Origin: Candidatus Daviesbacteria bacterium RIFCSPHIGHO2_01_FULL_40_11
GTDB lineage: Bacteria; Patescibacteriota; Microgenomatia; Daviesbacterales; UBA10151
DNA: 42,030 bases
Reading direction: 5' to 3'
Assembly: GCA_001776635.1 (NCBI GenBank)
Contig: MFCP01000021.1
Coordinates: 1 to 42,030 of the forward strand
Part shown: positions 1 to 10,126 of the stretch, in pieces
How the letters are laid out: the number at the start of each line of letters is the position of its first letter
How positions within the stretch are numbered: the first letter of the stretch is position 1
The notes under the pieces: model-generated
The model's input: the letters and a program-made list of their open reading frames with translations, nothing else
Databases searched by the model: none
Told to the model about the DNA's origin: nothing
Made by a program: the position numbers and the translations under genes

Positions 1-2976
1 TAAAACAATTATTGCAAAAACTGCAATAACTGAAACATACTTTGGTAACCTAAAAACTACCAAAGAAAACATTACACCACTGGCAAGAGAAGCTATATAA
101 AGACCATAGTAGGAAAATTGAATTGTATTCCAGGGATTTCCCGACTGAACAAATAACATTGGGATCAAAAACGAAAGAAGAGCAAGAATAAAAATAAACA
201 ACAACTTTTCATCTTTAATGATGCTTTTTATTTTAATAAGCGATAGAAGACTGACAACCCGTAAACCTAAATTGCCGGCAATAAATATTCCTAGACTTAA
301 TGCTTCCGCTGAAATAAACTTAAACCAGTCTCCTTTTAAAAACCCTGCTTCTCTTGCCAAAGACAACCTAACCCATCCAACCCTATCCGGGGAATCTACC
401 ATTGAGTGAATAAACCAAAATGGCGCAAAGACCAGCAGGTTTGAATTTATATCAGAATTAGGCAAGAATATTAATACAGAAATCAATGATGCGCCGGTAA
501 AAACTGCAAGGTAAGAAAGCTGTCTTTTTATCAAACCTACAAGCAGTATTGATGCCAACACTAAAATAGCGCCATAAGATTTAAAACCGATTAAAAACCC
601 TGCTAAAAGTATCGCTAAAAAAATATTCTTCGTCCGGGAAAAATTTGATAAGTTAAAAAGGATATGGAATAAAGCTATAACAATGACCAAAGAAACCGCA
701 AAAGGCGGGTTTAAGTTAAAAGAAACTGCCTGGTTTGCCCAAAATGCCGACTCTCCTCCGAAATGCCTCTCCCGTAAAAATTCAACTATCCAACCAAAAC
801 TTCCTGCAAAATAAATTAGATAGAGACTAAAAAGGGACGCGACTTGCGCCTTTTTAACTCCAATTCTCCCTTCAAAAAGCCTCATTACCAGAAAATAAGA
901 ACCAACTCCAAGCATCAGAGAAAATGCAACCGGATAAAATCTAAATATAAGATCGGAAACCGGGAGTCTTGATAGATAATTTGTACCTGCTACTGCTAAA
1001 TCATAAAAGAAATGATAATTTTTCAAAACTGTACCTGAATAGACCGGGTTTTCAGCTGGCACGGACTTTATCAATTGATTAATTAATGCCATATGCCAAA
1101 CTCCATCATGGGTATTTGGCCCCCAGAACCCTATGCCATATCCAAATGTTAAACCGCTCTTAAATGTAGGTATGACCTGAAAAGCTGTTCCGGCTAGAAT
1201 AATTAAAATTAGAATTAAATTAAACGATCCCCGAATTTTTGGTAGGTTGACAATTAGATTACTGTAAAGTTTAAAGCGGAAGAAAAAGAACAAGTTTATT
1301 AAAATATAAACAAAAACTAATGGTCTAATTTTCAGTAAACTAGTTATATAAAACAGTAACGTAAAAACTACAAATCCCACCGCTGCGGAAATAAATATTC
1401 TTAAAAAGAGAGGCGTATCCTTTCTAAAAGTTTTATTTGTCAACACAAATCCGGGCAGAACTATTGCCAGGACTAAAAAGGTCAAAAACTCAAAAACCTT
1501 TTGTACTGCCGATACCACAGACCATTTCGAAGAGCTGTCGGATATGGCAGAATTTTTTACTGCCGGAGTTTCTTTTTTAGTTGCCGCAAGTATGGCCGTG
1601 TCAATAGAAAAAACTTTTCCGTCAATGCTGATATCCCGCGGAAGTAATCCTATTTGTCTTAAATTCCCAGCCTCATTTGTATAACTTATGACAAATTCTT
1701 CGTCCTCTTTCTCTATCTTAAAGTTAATAATTTTACCCTGATCTACCACCCAACTGTTTCCGAAACTCACTTCATCCAGGACTCGAGTGGCGCTGATTGC
1801 AAAGTTCACTGCTTCGCATCTTGCCTTAAAACATAATTCCTCTTCACCGTCAATATATTGTCTTAAATCCCTGAAGACAGATCCATCAGCATTGTAAAAC
1901 CAACCGACTCGAAAGAAAGGGTTCATAAACCAAACCACCTTTTTAGGACTTCCCAAGGGATCGTCTGCAATAATTAATTGTTCAGGAGAAAGATTTGGAA
2001 AAGCTGATTTATACCAAGTGGCAAAGTCCTTCATTGAGACAATCGAGAGCTGATTGGCATTTTTTTTCTCAAGTAGTATTTTAATCTGGTTCTCATATTC
2101 TGCTGAATACTCACCCCATGAATAAGAATTCTCCAAACCGACAACCAAGTGGCCGAACTGATTAAATCGTTGTTTTGTGTATATGTCGACCAAAGACGAA
2201 AAATATTTAGTATTCAAATCGTGATAATCACGATAGTCGTTGGCTTGAACACTAAAAGTACTTTCCAAAACTCCATTGCCATACCCATTCACCGGATCCC
2301 TGGCAGCCCATTGCAGGATGACAACATCCAATTTATTTTCTTTAGTTTGAGCAGGATGCAGGGCATTATTTCTAGAAGGATAATAGGGAGTAGAAAAATA
2401 TTGTCCCCAAATCTGATAATTATCGGTTGAGTATTGATCTGAAACAATTAAAGCGGCAGTGATCCCGTATTTTTTTTGCATATATCCCAGAGAATAGCTA
2501 TCAATCCACCAAGCACCAACTGAAACTGGGTAAAACCCGAAAGTGCTTTTAAATTTCTCAAAACTTGCATCTATCAGTTCTTCACGCTCCGACCGCTCAT
2601 ATCCTGTTAAAAAAGCACTGCCTGCGCTATGCCAACTGTCTGATTGATGATAAGTAACTTTTGCCTGAGTCCCCCAAGTTGGAGTAACTTCTAAAAATAA
2701 TCCCTTCTCGTCAGAAGGCCTATTTTTTAGCATATCGATGATGTTTTTGTTATCCAGTGCATCAAACCGCAGTAGCCAAGTGGCTGGTAAGTTGAATCTA
2801 TCTAAAATAGCCGTCTGTCCTAAAATAACGGTCTCTGGTTTCTGGTCTTTTATGTCCCAAAAATCAGCGCCTCTGACCGGATTTACAATCGAAACAAAAG
2901 AATCACCTTGGGCAAAAGTTTTTGGTACTAAAATTATAGAAAATAAAAACATCAGCAAGAATATTATTTTTTTCAT
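1..2976 (-). CDS. Large membrane protein, 3' partial (at least 992 aa): signal peptide, exported deacetylase/glycoside-hydrolase-like domain, multi-TM GT-C-like domain
   Basis: Not in the ORF track because it runs off the window. The ATG at 2976 overlaps the wzx stop (TAATG). Manual translation: MKKIIFLLMFLFSIILVPKTFAQGDSFVSIVNPVRG...GLFLEVTP...SVGAWWIDSYSL...DQYSTDNYQIWGQYFSTPYYPS...LQWAARDPVNGY, then many TM segments with the loop FWGPNTHDGVWHMALINQL. Still open at base 1. Confidence 0.88.
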   Translation of the reverse strand, partial: MKKIIFLLMFLFSIILVPKTFAQGDSFVSIVNPVRGADFWDIKDQKPETVILGQTAILDRFNLPATWLLRFDALDNKNIIDMLKNRPSDEKGLFLEVTPTWGTQAKVTYHQSDSWHSAGSAFLTGYERSEREELIDASFEKFKSTFGFYPVSVGAWWIDSYSLGYMQKKYGITAALIVSDQYSTDNYQIWGQYFSTPYYPSRNNALHPAQTKENKLDVVILQWAARDPVNGYGNGVLESTFSVQANDYRDYHDLNTKYFSSLVDIYTKQRFNQFGHLVVGLENSYSWGEYSAEYENQIKILLEKKNANQLSIVSMKDFATWYKSAFPNLSPEQLIIADDPLGSPKKVVWFMNPFFRVGWFYNADGSVFRDLRQYIDGEEELCFKARCEAVNFAISATRVLDEVSFGNSWVVDQGKIINFKIEKEDEEFVISYTNEAGNLRQIGLLPRDISIDGKVFSIDTAILAATKKETPAVKNSAISDSSSKWSVVSAVQKVFEFLTFLVLAIVLPGFVLTNKTFRKDTPLFLRIFISAAVGFVVFTLLFYITSLLKIRPLVFVYILINLFFFFRFKLYSNLIVNLPKIRGSFNLILILIILAGTAFQVIPTFKSGLTFGYGIGFWGPNTHDGVWHMALINQLIKSVPAENPVYSGTVLKNYHFFYDLAVAGTNYLSRLPVSDLIFRFYPVAFSLMLGVGSYFLVMRLFEGRIGVKKAQVASLFSLYLIYFAGSFGWIVEFLRERHFGGESAFWANQAVSFNLNPPFAVSLVIVIALFHILFNLSNFSRTKNIFLAILLAGFLIGFKSYGAILVLASILLVGLIKRQLSYLAVFTGASLISVLIFLPNSDINSNLLVFAPFWFIHSMVDSPDRVGWVRLSLAREAGFLKGDWFKFISAEALSLGIFIAGNLGLRVVSLLSLIKIKSIIKDEKLLFIFILALLSFLIPMLFVQSGNPWNTIQFSYYGLYIASLASGVMFSLVVFRLPKYVSVIAVFAIIVL

Positions 2977-4451
2977 TATCTTTTTTTGAATTGATTTTTA
3001 ATTAAAGGGAGCAGTTTTGGTTCAAGTATAAAGACCGCCAATGAGTAGGATATTAGACTGACCAAAACCATAACAATTACCTGTTGCAAAGATACAATGA
3101 AGATATTCTTTGTGAGAAATACACAAACTCCCATCAAACTACTTGCAAGTAAAGGTTTCCCAACGCTTTGCAAGTAGTTTATATCAACATATTTAGAGAC
3201 CAGATACAAAGCAACGAAAGAACTAAATCCTACCAATGTAAAACCCAAAGCTGCTCCGTTTACCCCATACAAAAAAGCAAGCAAGGGAACAAAAATCCAA
3301 GTAAGGGCAGTCCACATAATCATTAGTTTAAAAGTAAGAGTTATTTTACCTATAGCGTTTAAAGTGTTTGTCAAAGGAGTAGTAATTGCTGCCAAACCGG
3401 AAGTGATTGTTAAAATAGACAACGCAAATAACGCAGGACTCCACTTACTATATTTGGGAATAATTTCTACTAAAACCGGCGCCAAAAGCACCAGTATGAC
3501 TAAAGAAGGAAAAACCAAAAGGCAAACAAAGAAGATAGATTTGGTAACCAAATCCGACAAATCTTTTCTGTTATCCTGCAGCCGGGAAAATGCCGGGAAT
3601 GTCACTTTTATTACCTGATCCATAAAAAACCTCAAGGGGGCATAAGCCCATTTCTGGGCCCACCCCAAAAGTCCAATTCCGGATGCACCAATTATCCCTC
3701 CCAAAAAAAGAGTCATACCGTCATCTTTTACCATAGCAAGAAGGGTATTAAATTGATATGGAACACCGAATTTTAATACTGATTTAAAAGCTTGAACCGA
3801 AAAAGCAACTCCGGGAAACCATGGCTGAACTATGTATGTAAGAAAAAGTCCTATCAAGCCGGACAAAACTATGGCTATTGACAGACTTGTTATCCCAAAA
3901 CCCTGCCAAGCCAAAAAGACTGCTGTCAGGTTAAAAATAATATTCTCGCTAATCTGAGGGATCACCCATTTGTTAAACTCCATTTTTCTTTCCAGTAAAA
4001 CCGAAGGTATAGTTTTTAAAGAGGAGAGAAGTAAAGAAAAAAGAAGAGCCCAAAGTAAATAAACGGCTTGCTGATTTAAACTATAAATACTCTGAATCAA
4101 TGGAGTTGATATAAATACTATTAATAACAACGTCAAAACAAGTGCTTGTTGCGTTGTGAAAACGGTTTTTAGTTCAATATCTGTTAGTTTTTCTTTTTTC
4201 TGAATTAAAGCTGCGGCGAAACCAATATCGCTAAAATAAGCCAAGAAGTTTTTTATTGCCGATACCACAAAATAAATACCGAATTCGGCAGGAGCAAGGA
4301 AAACAGTTAAAAGCGCCATCGAGAAAAAAGATACTCCCTGCATTAAAATCATCCTTCCGGTTAGTATTGCTGCGCCTTTAACTGCTCGCACCTTGATACT
4401 ATCCGTAGTCAGCTCCTGGGTCGGATCAATTTGTTCAACGCTTTCTTGCAT
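2976..4451 (-). CDS. wzx: Wzx-type (PST/MOP family) oligosaccharide flippase
   Basis: 491 aa, multiple TM helices, with LAPAEFGIY, FSDIGFAAALIQKK and VTFPAFSRLQD motifs typical of WzxC-like flippases. Confidence 0.85.
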   Translation of the reverse strand: MQESVEQIDPTQELTTDSIKVRAVKGAAILTGRMILMQGVSFFSMALLTVFLAPAEFGIYFVVSAIKNFLAYFSDIGFAAALIQKKEKLTDIELKTVFTTQQALVLTLLLIVFISTPLIQSIYSLNQQAVYLLWALLFSLLLSSLKTIPSVLLERKMEFNKWVIPQISENIIFNLTAVFLAWQGFGITSLSIAIVLSGLIGLFLTYIVQPWFPGVAFSVQAFKSVLKFGVPYQFNTLLAMVKDDGMTLFLGGIIGASGIGLLGWAQKWAYAPLRFFMDQVIKVTFPAFSRLQDNRKDLSDLVTKSIFFVCLLVFPSLVILVLLAPVLVEIIPKYSKWSPALFALSILTITSGLAAITTPLTNTLNAIGKITLTFKLMIMWTALTWIFVPLLAFLYGVNGAALGFTLVGFSSFVALYLVSKYVDINYLQSVGKPLLASSLMGVCVFLTKNIFIVSLQQVIVMVLVSLISYSLAVFILEPKLLPLIKNQFKKR

Positions 4452-4461
4452 AATTTTTAGT

Positions 4462-6171
4462 CTAATTCATTCTTTTTCTGTAATATGAAATCCATTGACG
4501 GACCCTTTGAAAAGAAATTAAAAATAAGATTGCGCTTACTGCCAAACCTACGAGGGTTATTAAATTAGCTAGCGACCGAATCGGAGTATCATAAAGCCTG
4601 GCCGTAATCGCATGATCTCCTTTTCCTAATATCAAGGTCATCAGACCCAAGTTATTATTTTTATATTCCACTTCTGCCTCTTTACCATCTATAAATATCT
4701 TCCAATTAGGAAAGTAGTATTGCGATAAACGGATGATTGTATGAGAATTGGTCTTTACGTTTAAAACGATCCAGTTCGTACCCTCATGAAAATCAAAAAC
4801 TTGGCTGTCTCCTGTTAGAATTTCATATCTTGCTTTTGCAAGTTCCGCCGGTGGTTCTTTTGCATATATAGGCAAATAATCAAAAATTGACCGCTTTATT
4901 TGTCTATCCCAATCTTGACCACTTAATAGTTTTTGATCACTTGTCTGTATAAACTTTTCCGGCTTAAAGTAGGAGAAATTTAAGACCACCACCAGAAAGA
5001 CTGATGCTCCCCACAATAAATTCCTGTGTTTAAAATTCAGACGGAATAAACTACCTGACAGTAGTGAAACAAAAAATATTACAATAAGCAAAAACCGCCA
5101 AGGAAATTGTAAGTATTTTAACGGATCAATAGCTTTCCATATAAATTCTGACCTTGGATGAATCATAAAAACAGCCAAAAAAGTTACCAGAGAACAAAAT
5201 ATGATTATCGAGCTCAACCACTTGTTTTTCTTCCATAAAACCTTAGCGGTAACTCCTGCGAGAAACCATCCAAGAAGGTGTACCCACCCAATTTGGTAAG
5301 AAAGCCCATCCTTTTCTCCACCCGGGACTTCCCTTATTGATGAACCATACTCCCATGACCTATCTAAAAATAATTTCCTAATTCCCTTAAAATGTTCTGT
5401 ATAGGAAAAGTACCCTCCTACTGTAGTTTCAAGATGTACCAAATTCTTCTCGAATATTGCAGGCAGTAGATAGAACGCAGATAGTAGTATCGCAACAATA
5501 GCCGAACCAAAGCAGAACCATAGAAATTGCTTGTTCTTTTTTTTTAAGAATAATAAAACTATCCATAAAATTATAATCGGCAAAAAAATCATAGCCGATA
5601 AATTGTGGGATGTAATCAAGGCCGCAACAGAAACTCCAAAAAGTAGTAGATTGGCAATATTTACTTTTTCTTCTAATCTTGTAACCGCCCAAAAAATTAA
5701 CGGAAATAACATCAAAGCCCACATCTCACCCATTGCTCCCCTTATGTAAAGATCAAGCGCATGGTATGGTGCAAAACTATAGAAAACAGCCGAGAGCGCA
5801 CCGCCCATCTTACCCCAAAATTTTAGTGCCAGTAAATACATAAAGATATAAGCACCCAAGAAACTTACAGCAAACATTACCTTAACCGAAATGAGTAAAC
5901 TGTGCGTTACAAAATAGATGAGTTCTCCAAAATAATAAGGCAAAGGGGCATAATAGTTAAAAATAGGATATCCGTATAAGCCGCCCAAGTCAGGCACCCA
6001 GCGGCAGGGAATTTGATAATCTTTGAAACATTTATCCATCTCGTAAAGCCTAATTACCTGAACATCATCATGATGAGTAAAGTAAGGCGCTGCAAAAAGA
6101 GGCCAAAGCAAAGAAAAAGTAAGTATAAATCCAACTAAAAAATACATATGGGAAAGAAGAAATTTTTTCAT
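4462..6171 (-). CDS. GT-C-fold membrane glycosyltransferase-like protein ('PTPS-related'/YfhO-like)
   Basis: 569 aa; first loop THHDD; RWVPDLGGLYGYPIFNYYAPLPYY; YIRGAMGE; LQFPWRFL; YfhO-like C-terminal YFPNWKIFIDG domain. Confidence 0.75.
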   Translation of the reverse strand: MKKFLLSHMYFLVGFILTFSLLWPLFAAPYFTHHDDVQVIRLYEMDKCFKDYQIPCRWVPDLGGLYGYPIFNYYAPLPYYFGELIYFVTHSLLISVKVMFAVSFLGAYIFMYLLALKFWGKMGGALSAVFYSFAPYHALDLYIRGAMGEMWALMLFPLIFWAVTRLEEKVNIANLLLFGVSVAALITSHNLSAMIFLPIIILWIVLLFLKKKNKQFLWFCFGSAIVAILLSAFYLLPAIFEKNLVHLETTVGGYFSYTEHFKGIRKLFLDRSWEYGSSIREVPGGEKDGLSYQIGWVHLLGWFLAGVTAKVLWKKNKWLSSIIIFCSLVTFLAVFMIHPRSEFIWKAIDPLKYLQFPWRFLLIVIFFVSLLSGSLFRLNFKHRNLLWGASVFLVVVLNFSYFKPEKFIQTSDQKLLSGQDWDRQIKRSIFDYLPIYAKEPPAELAKARYEILTGDSQVFDFHEGTNWIVLNVKTNSHTIIRLSQYYFPNWKIFIDGKEAEVEYKNNNLGLMTLILGKGDHAITARLYDTPIRSLANLITLVGLAVSAILFLISFQRVRQWISYYRKRMN

Positions 6172-7805
6172 TTGAACTTGTATCTTTTTATCGCAAATAT
6201 TCCTACCACCAAAAGAAGTGAAAACAAAGATATTACATTACCGATCGCCCTGACAGGCGTATCTTTAAATTCAACTCCAACATTATATTGGCCCTTTGGC
6301 AATTCAAACCTGATCAACCCCTGCTTGGATGGTGATTGCAGATTGATTGATTGATTGTCAGTTCTGACTTCCCATCCCGGGAAATATGTGATTGGTAATT
6401 CGATCACGCTATCAGTTATCACGCTGAAACTACCTTGTGCAGATTGGGATCGTTTAGTAAAAGAGTTGACCCGTATTTCCCCTTTTTCAGCCCGGGGAGT
6501 ATCAAACCTTTCCCCGTCCACTGTTTGCACCCAAATCGGCAGATAGTCTTTAGTTAAATCTACACCCTTATGCATACTCTCGATATGCAAAAATTTATTA
6601 AAAAAACTGTCATCAATGTACTCTTTCGGCCTAAAATACTGAAAATTAATTAAAATTATAGATGCAATCAAGATAAAATATATTACCCCAAATTTCTTTT
6701 TGAAATAATCTGCCACAACTCCTCCTGTTATCGCTACAATAAAAACTGAAATTGCCAAAAATCTCCATGGAAATTGAATAAAAGCCATTGAGGGAATAGC
6801 TTCCCAAATAAATGCAGATTTGTTGTGCTGCAAAAAGATCGATAGGAAAAAGCTTAATCCTAAAAATGCAAGTAGACCCAGTAGTTTCTTCTCTTTTCTA
6901 AAAAGAAGTCCATAAACTCCAGCCAATACTAAAATAACCCAATTAACCAAGCCTAATTGAAACGACATACCGTCTTTCGACCCCCACAGCGAAGATCCAT
7001 ATCCCCAAAACAAAGAGAAAAACTGCTGATAAGCCACAAAATGCGCTCTAAAATCAAAATACCCAACGATTAGGTATTTTGTTTGAATAAATTGCCTCTC
7101 AAAAAAAGCCGGCAGCAAGAAAAATGCCGCCAAACCCAAACCCAAAACAAAAGCTGCCAAATTAGGCAGAATAAGTTTTAAGTTTATTTTTGTTAATGCA
7201 AGATACATCCACCACAAAAGCAGAAATGGTATGAACATTAGTATTGTAACATTATGAGTCAAAAATAGTCCTGCCAGAGAGAAAGCAAATAAGATAATTC
7301 TTTTGAAAGTTGCCTTCTCGAATATTTGTAAAGACGCATAGAAGATCAACGGAAAAAACACAAATGCCCAAGCTTCGGATAACGCTCCTCTAACATAAAG
7401 GTCGACTGCCCGATATGGCGCCCAGATGTAAAGAGTGCTTGCCAAAATTGCCGCCCTTTTAGAAAAAAGTTTACGACAAAAAATATACATAGTCATGGCA
7501 GACAGAATACTTGACAGCATAAACAATATTTTTGCTACCCAGATGAAATTAAACCCTAAAAGCCCAATTGCTGCGCCAAGGTAATAAGGAAGCGGTGCAT
7601 AGAAATTAAACAGCGGTTCGCCATAGCGCAGATCCGGTGCCCATCTGACTGGGAAGATTCCATCAGATAAAACAGTACTCATTTGACTTAGTCTTGCTAT
7701 AAAAATATGATCTTGAGTATAAAAAAACTTAGCATTGAAAAAAGGTAGAAGGGAAGGTAGAGTTAATAAAATCAAAACCAAAGGGATAACGAGGGATTTC
7801 TTCAT
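6168..7805 (-). CDS. GT-C-fold membrane protein, tandem paralog of 4462-6171
   Basis: 545 aa; RWAPDLRYGEPLFNFYAPLPYY, YVRGALSE, IQFPWRFL and YFPGWEV match the motif set of its neighbour. Confidence 0.75.
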   Translation of the reverse strand: MKKSLVIPLVLILLTLPSLLPFFNAKFFYTQDHIFIARLSQMSTVLSDGIFPVRWAPDLRYGEPLFNFYAPLPYYLGAAIGLLGFNFIWVAKILFMLSSILSAMTMYIFCRKLFSKRAAILASTLYIWAPYRAVDLYVRGALSEAWAFVFFPLIFYASLQIFEKATFKRIILFAFSLAGLFLTHNVTILMFIPFLLLWWMYLALTKINLKLILPNLAAFVLGLGLAAFFLLPAFFERQFIQTKYLIVGYFDFRAHFVAYQQFFSLFWGYGSSLWGSKDGMSFQLGLVNWVILVLAGVYGLLFRKEKKLLGLLAFLGLSFFLSIFLQHNKSAFIWEAIPSMAFIQFPWRFLAISVFIVAITGGVVADYFKKKFGVIYFILIASIILINFQYFRPKEYIDDSFFNKFLHIESMHKGVDLTKDYLPIWVQTVDGERFDTPRAEKGEIRVNSFTKRSQSAQGSFSVITDSVIELPITYFPGWEVRTDNQSINLQSPSKQGLIRFELPKGQYNVGVEFKDTPVRAIGNVISLFSLLLVVGIFAIKRYKFK

Positions 7806-7813
7806 AAATCTTT

Positions 7814-9331
7814 TTATGGCAATACCTGATATAAAACAGTGGCGTCTTGCGGAGCATCTAAACTTTTAAATTTAGGGTATTCTTTGATTAACACTACATT
7901 TTCTACACTGCCTTCTAGACTTTTTTTATTACCTAAAAAGTAAGTTAAATTGTCTTTGGCAGCATTCCTAATCTGGGCAGAAATGGTAGCGCTACTACCA
8001 ACTATTGCTATTTCTGATTTATCCAAATAAATTTGTATCCCGTCAGGCAATGTTCCAAAAAAACCCTCTGTCCCTAAAACAACTTTTCTCTCTTTGCTTT
8101 TTTCCAAAAGAAAGTTTGAAATATCTTTGAATCCATAGCCTGCTGTCCAATCCTCGAAATATCCTTTTCTTTCTTCCCTTGGCAGAGTCGCTTTATCGGG
8201 CGAAGTTAACAGAAAATAATTAAAATATAAAGGAAGCGGCAAGAGTACTATCAGCATCAGTATCACCGGGAACCTTTTTATATAGGCAAGCCTTGGGAGT
8301 AGTTTAGTTACACCAAATCCGGCTACAACTAAAAACAGCGGAATTGATGGCAAGAGGTAGCGAGCCGTGAAAGTTCTAAGAAAACCCATATTCAAAAGTA
8401 ATGGAATAAACGCCCAAAGCAGAATTATCCCACCTAATAAGGATTGCCCTCTAAAAGATTGTTGCCAGATTCCAAATAAGATGTAAATTATCCCCATCAG
8501 AACACTAAGTAAAATCGGCCAAGTAAAAAGTCTTGGAAACCAATCGGCAATGTCGTGAAAGTGCGGAATAAATGGATCTAGCGGCCTGCCCATAAGCTCC
8601 AGTGGAGAAAAAACATAATCTGTATTTCGTGAGGACAACATTTGAAAATTTGGTCCTAGCCTTAACATGTTATACATGATAAGGGCAATCGCGATAGCCA
8701 CTCCGCATAAAATTATCAATTTCGCTAAAGTATGGCTCCCGCCTTTATTCTTAAAACCTATTATTGTTAATGGTAGTAAAAAAAGATTTAATAGTCCGGG
8801 AGTTTTCGTTAAGACTGCACCTCCTAACAAATAGCCTAAAACCATAGCAATATCTAACCTTAAACTAGTTACTAACCATATGGCAAAATAGACCACCCAG
8901 ATAGTAAAACCGGAGAGCATCGAATCAACAAGAGCCATCCGGTCAAAAAAAACTGTGTAAGGAGTAATCACATAAAGTAAACTTGCCCAAAAAGCGGTCC
9001 GGATATTGAAAACTTTCTTGGACAAAAAAAATACTCCCATTAGTGTAAAAAAACCAGAAACCACTGATAACAACCTTCCCGCAAGAAGTGGATCTTGTAC
9101 AAATTTTAGAAAAGGGATCATAATCCACATAAATAGGGGAGTCTTACCGTCAAATAGAGGTAAAAAACGCAGCGTTGGTTCGGCCCTCATCACTTGTGCC
9201 CATCTAATATAAATAGCCTCATCTGCAAAAATAGGCTGCAAGGTTAAATTAGGTAATCTGAGAATAAAATACAGCGCTACTAGACCAGCAATAACCAGAA
9301 GCTCCTTGCGATGTTTAACTAAAAAATCCAC
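7814..9331 (-). CDS. ArnT/PMT-like (GT83/GT39-type) GT-C glycosyltransferase
   Basis: 505 aa; PIFADEAIY (DE acidic loop after TM1), GKTPLFMW, RMALVD, K-T-P, ARYLLP; GTG start supported by an extended -10. Confidence 0.8.
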   Translation of the reverse strand: MDFLVKHRKELLVIAGLVALYFILRLPNLTLQPIFADEAIYIRWAQVMRAEPTLRFLPLFDGKTPLFMWIMIPFLKFVQDPLLAGRLLSVVSGFFTLMGVFFLSKKVFNIRTAFWASLLYVITPYTVFFDRMALVDSMLSGFTIWVVYFAIWLVTSLRLDIAMVLGYLLGGAVLTKTPGLLNLFLLPLTIIGFKNKGGSHTLAKLIILCGVAIAIALIMYNMLRLGPNFQMLSSRNTDYVFSPLELMGRPLDPFIPHFHDIADWFPRLFTWPILLSVLMGIIYILFGIWQQSFRGQSLLGGIILLWAFIPLLLNMGFLRTFTARYLLPSIPLFLVVAGFGVTKLLPRLAYIKRFPVILMLIVLLPLPLYFNYFLLTSPDKATLPREERKGYFEDWTAGYGFKDISNFLLEKSKERKVVLGTEGFFGTLPDGIQIYLDKSEIAIVGSSATISAQIRNAAKDNLTYFLGNKKSLEGSVENVVLIKEYPKFKSLDAPQDATVLYQVLP

Positions 9332-9337
9332 TTTAAC

Positions 9338-9346
9338 ATTATACCA
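9338..9346 (-). promoter_or_regulatory. Extended -10 TGGTATAAT, 6 nt upstream of the GTG start (leaderless type)
   Basis: Minus strand reads TGGTATAAT-GTTAAA-GTG. Confidence 0.7.
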
Positions 9347-9376
9347 ACTCCGAAGCCCAAATTGTCTAATTAAACA

Positions 9377-10126
9377 TCAATCCCTGTACTTGCCTCTTAA
9401 GTCATTCCACCTGATTCGGAGCATATCATAAATTGCCGCCATGGCGTCTTTAACTACCTGTACTCTTTCAGTATCAACATACCTCCACTCCACCTCTACT
9501 TCAGCGATCTTAAAGCCATACTTTTTGGCTAGGTATAAAAGTTCAACATCAAACCCGGCATTAACTGCTCCTCCGCTAAAGTGCACCACTCCCCACTCAC
9601 TTTTTATTCTAGGAATAATTTTATCAATTGAAGTCTTACTAAATGCCTTAAATCCACACTGAGTATCTTTAAATGGTAGTCCTAAGATTATCCCACGAAG
9701 CAGCGAAAACCCCCACGCTGATAATTTCCTAACTAAAGGCGCACCTTTTCTGCCATGCCTTGAACCGATCACAATATCAGCTCCCTTTTCAAATTCTGAC
9801 ATAAATTTCTCAATTTGGTTAATCGGTGTAGCCTGATCCATATCGGTAAAAAGAATTATCTTCCCCCTCGCTTTAAGCATTCCTGTCATCACAGCATTTG
9901 CTTTTCCTCCATGAAGGTTTTGAATAAGAAAAAAATTTTTATGGCTTGTAATAAACTTCTTTATAAGTTCAACTGATTGATCTGAAGAACCATCGTCAAC
10001 GACAATAACCTCAAAGGGGATCTTAAGACTTTCCAGATAATCTCCGACCTCTTCTAAAACTCCTTTTTTAAGATTTTTTTCTTCGTTATATGCAGGTATG
10101 ACTACTGACAGTTTTAGGATGTTCAT
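9377..10126 (-). CDS. GT2 polyprenol-phosphate glycosyltransferase (Dol-P-Glc/Man synthase-like)
   Basis: SVVIPAYNEE, VDDGSSD, FTDMDQ (DxD), DTQCGFK, FDVELL. Confidence 0.88.
   Translation of the reverse strand: MNILKLSVVIPAYNEEKNLKKGVLEEVGDYLESLKIPFEVIVVDDGSSDQSVELIKKFITSHKNFFLIQNLHGGKANAVMTGMLKARGKIILFTDMDQATPINQIEKFMSEFEKGADIVIGSRHGRKGAPLVRKLSAWGFSLLRGIILGLPFKDTQCGFKAFSKTSIDKIIPRIKSEWGVVHFSGGAVNAGFDVELLYLAKKYGFKIAEVEVEWRYVDTERVQVVKDAMAAIYDMLRIRWNDLRGKYRD

Noticed and set aside
218..2989. Plus-strand ORFs 218-409, 2149-2430 and 2738-2989
   Set aside because: Antisense shadows of the long minus-strand gene at 1-2976
5537..5545. T9 run (A9 on the coding strand) and similar homopolymers
   Set aside because: Encode Lys runs after TM helices; frames are intact and such runs are expected at this composition
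6341..6357. (GATT)4 microsatellite in a GT-C gene
   Set aside because: Only four units, too short to argue for phase variation in AT-rich DNA
8447..8465. Weak palindrome AAGGATTGCCCTCT in the loop QQSFRGQSL
   Set aside because: Might be another degenerate in-frame repeat, but pairing is too weak to support from one copy
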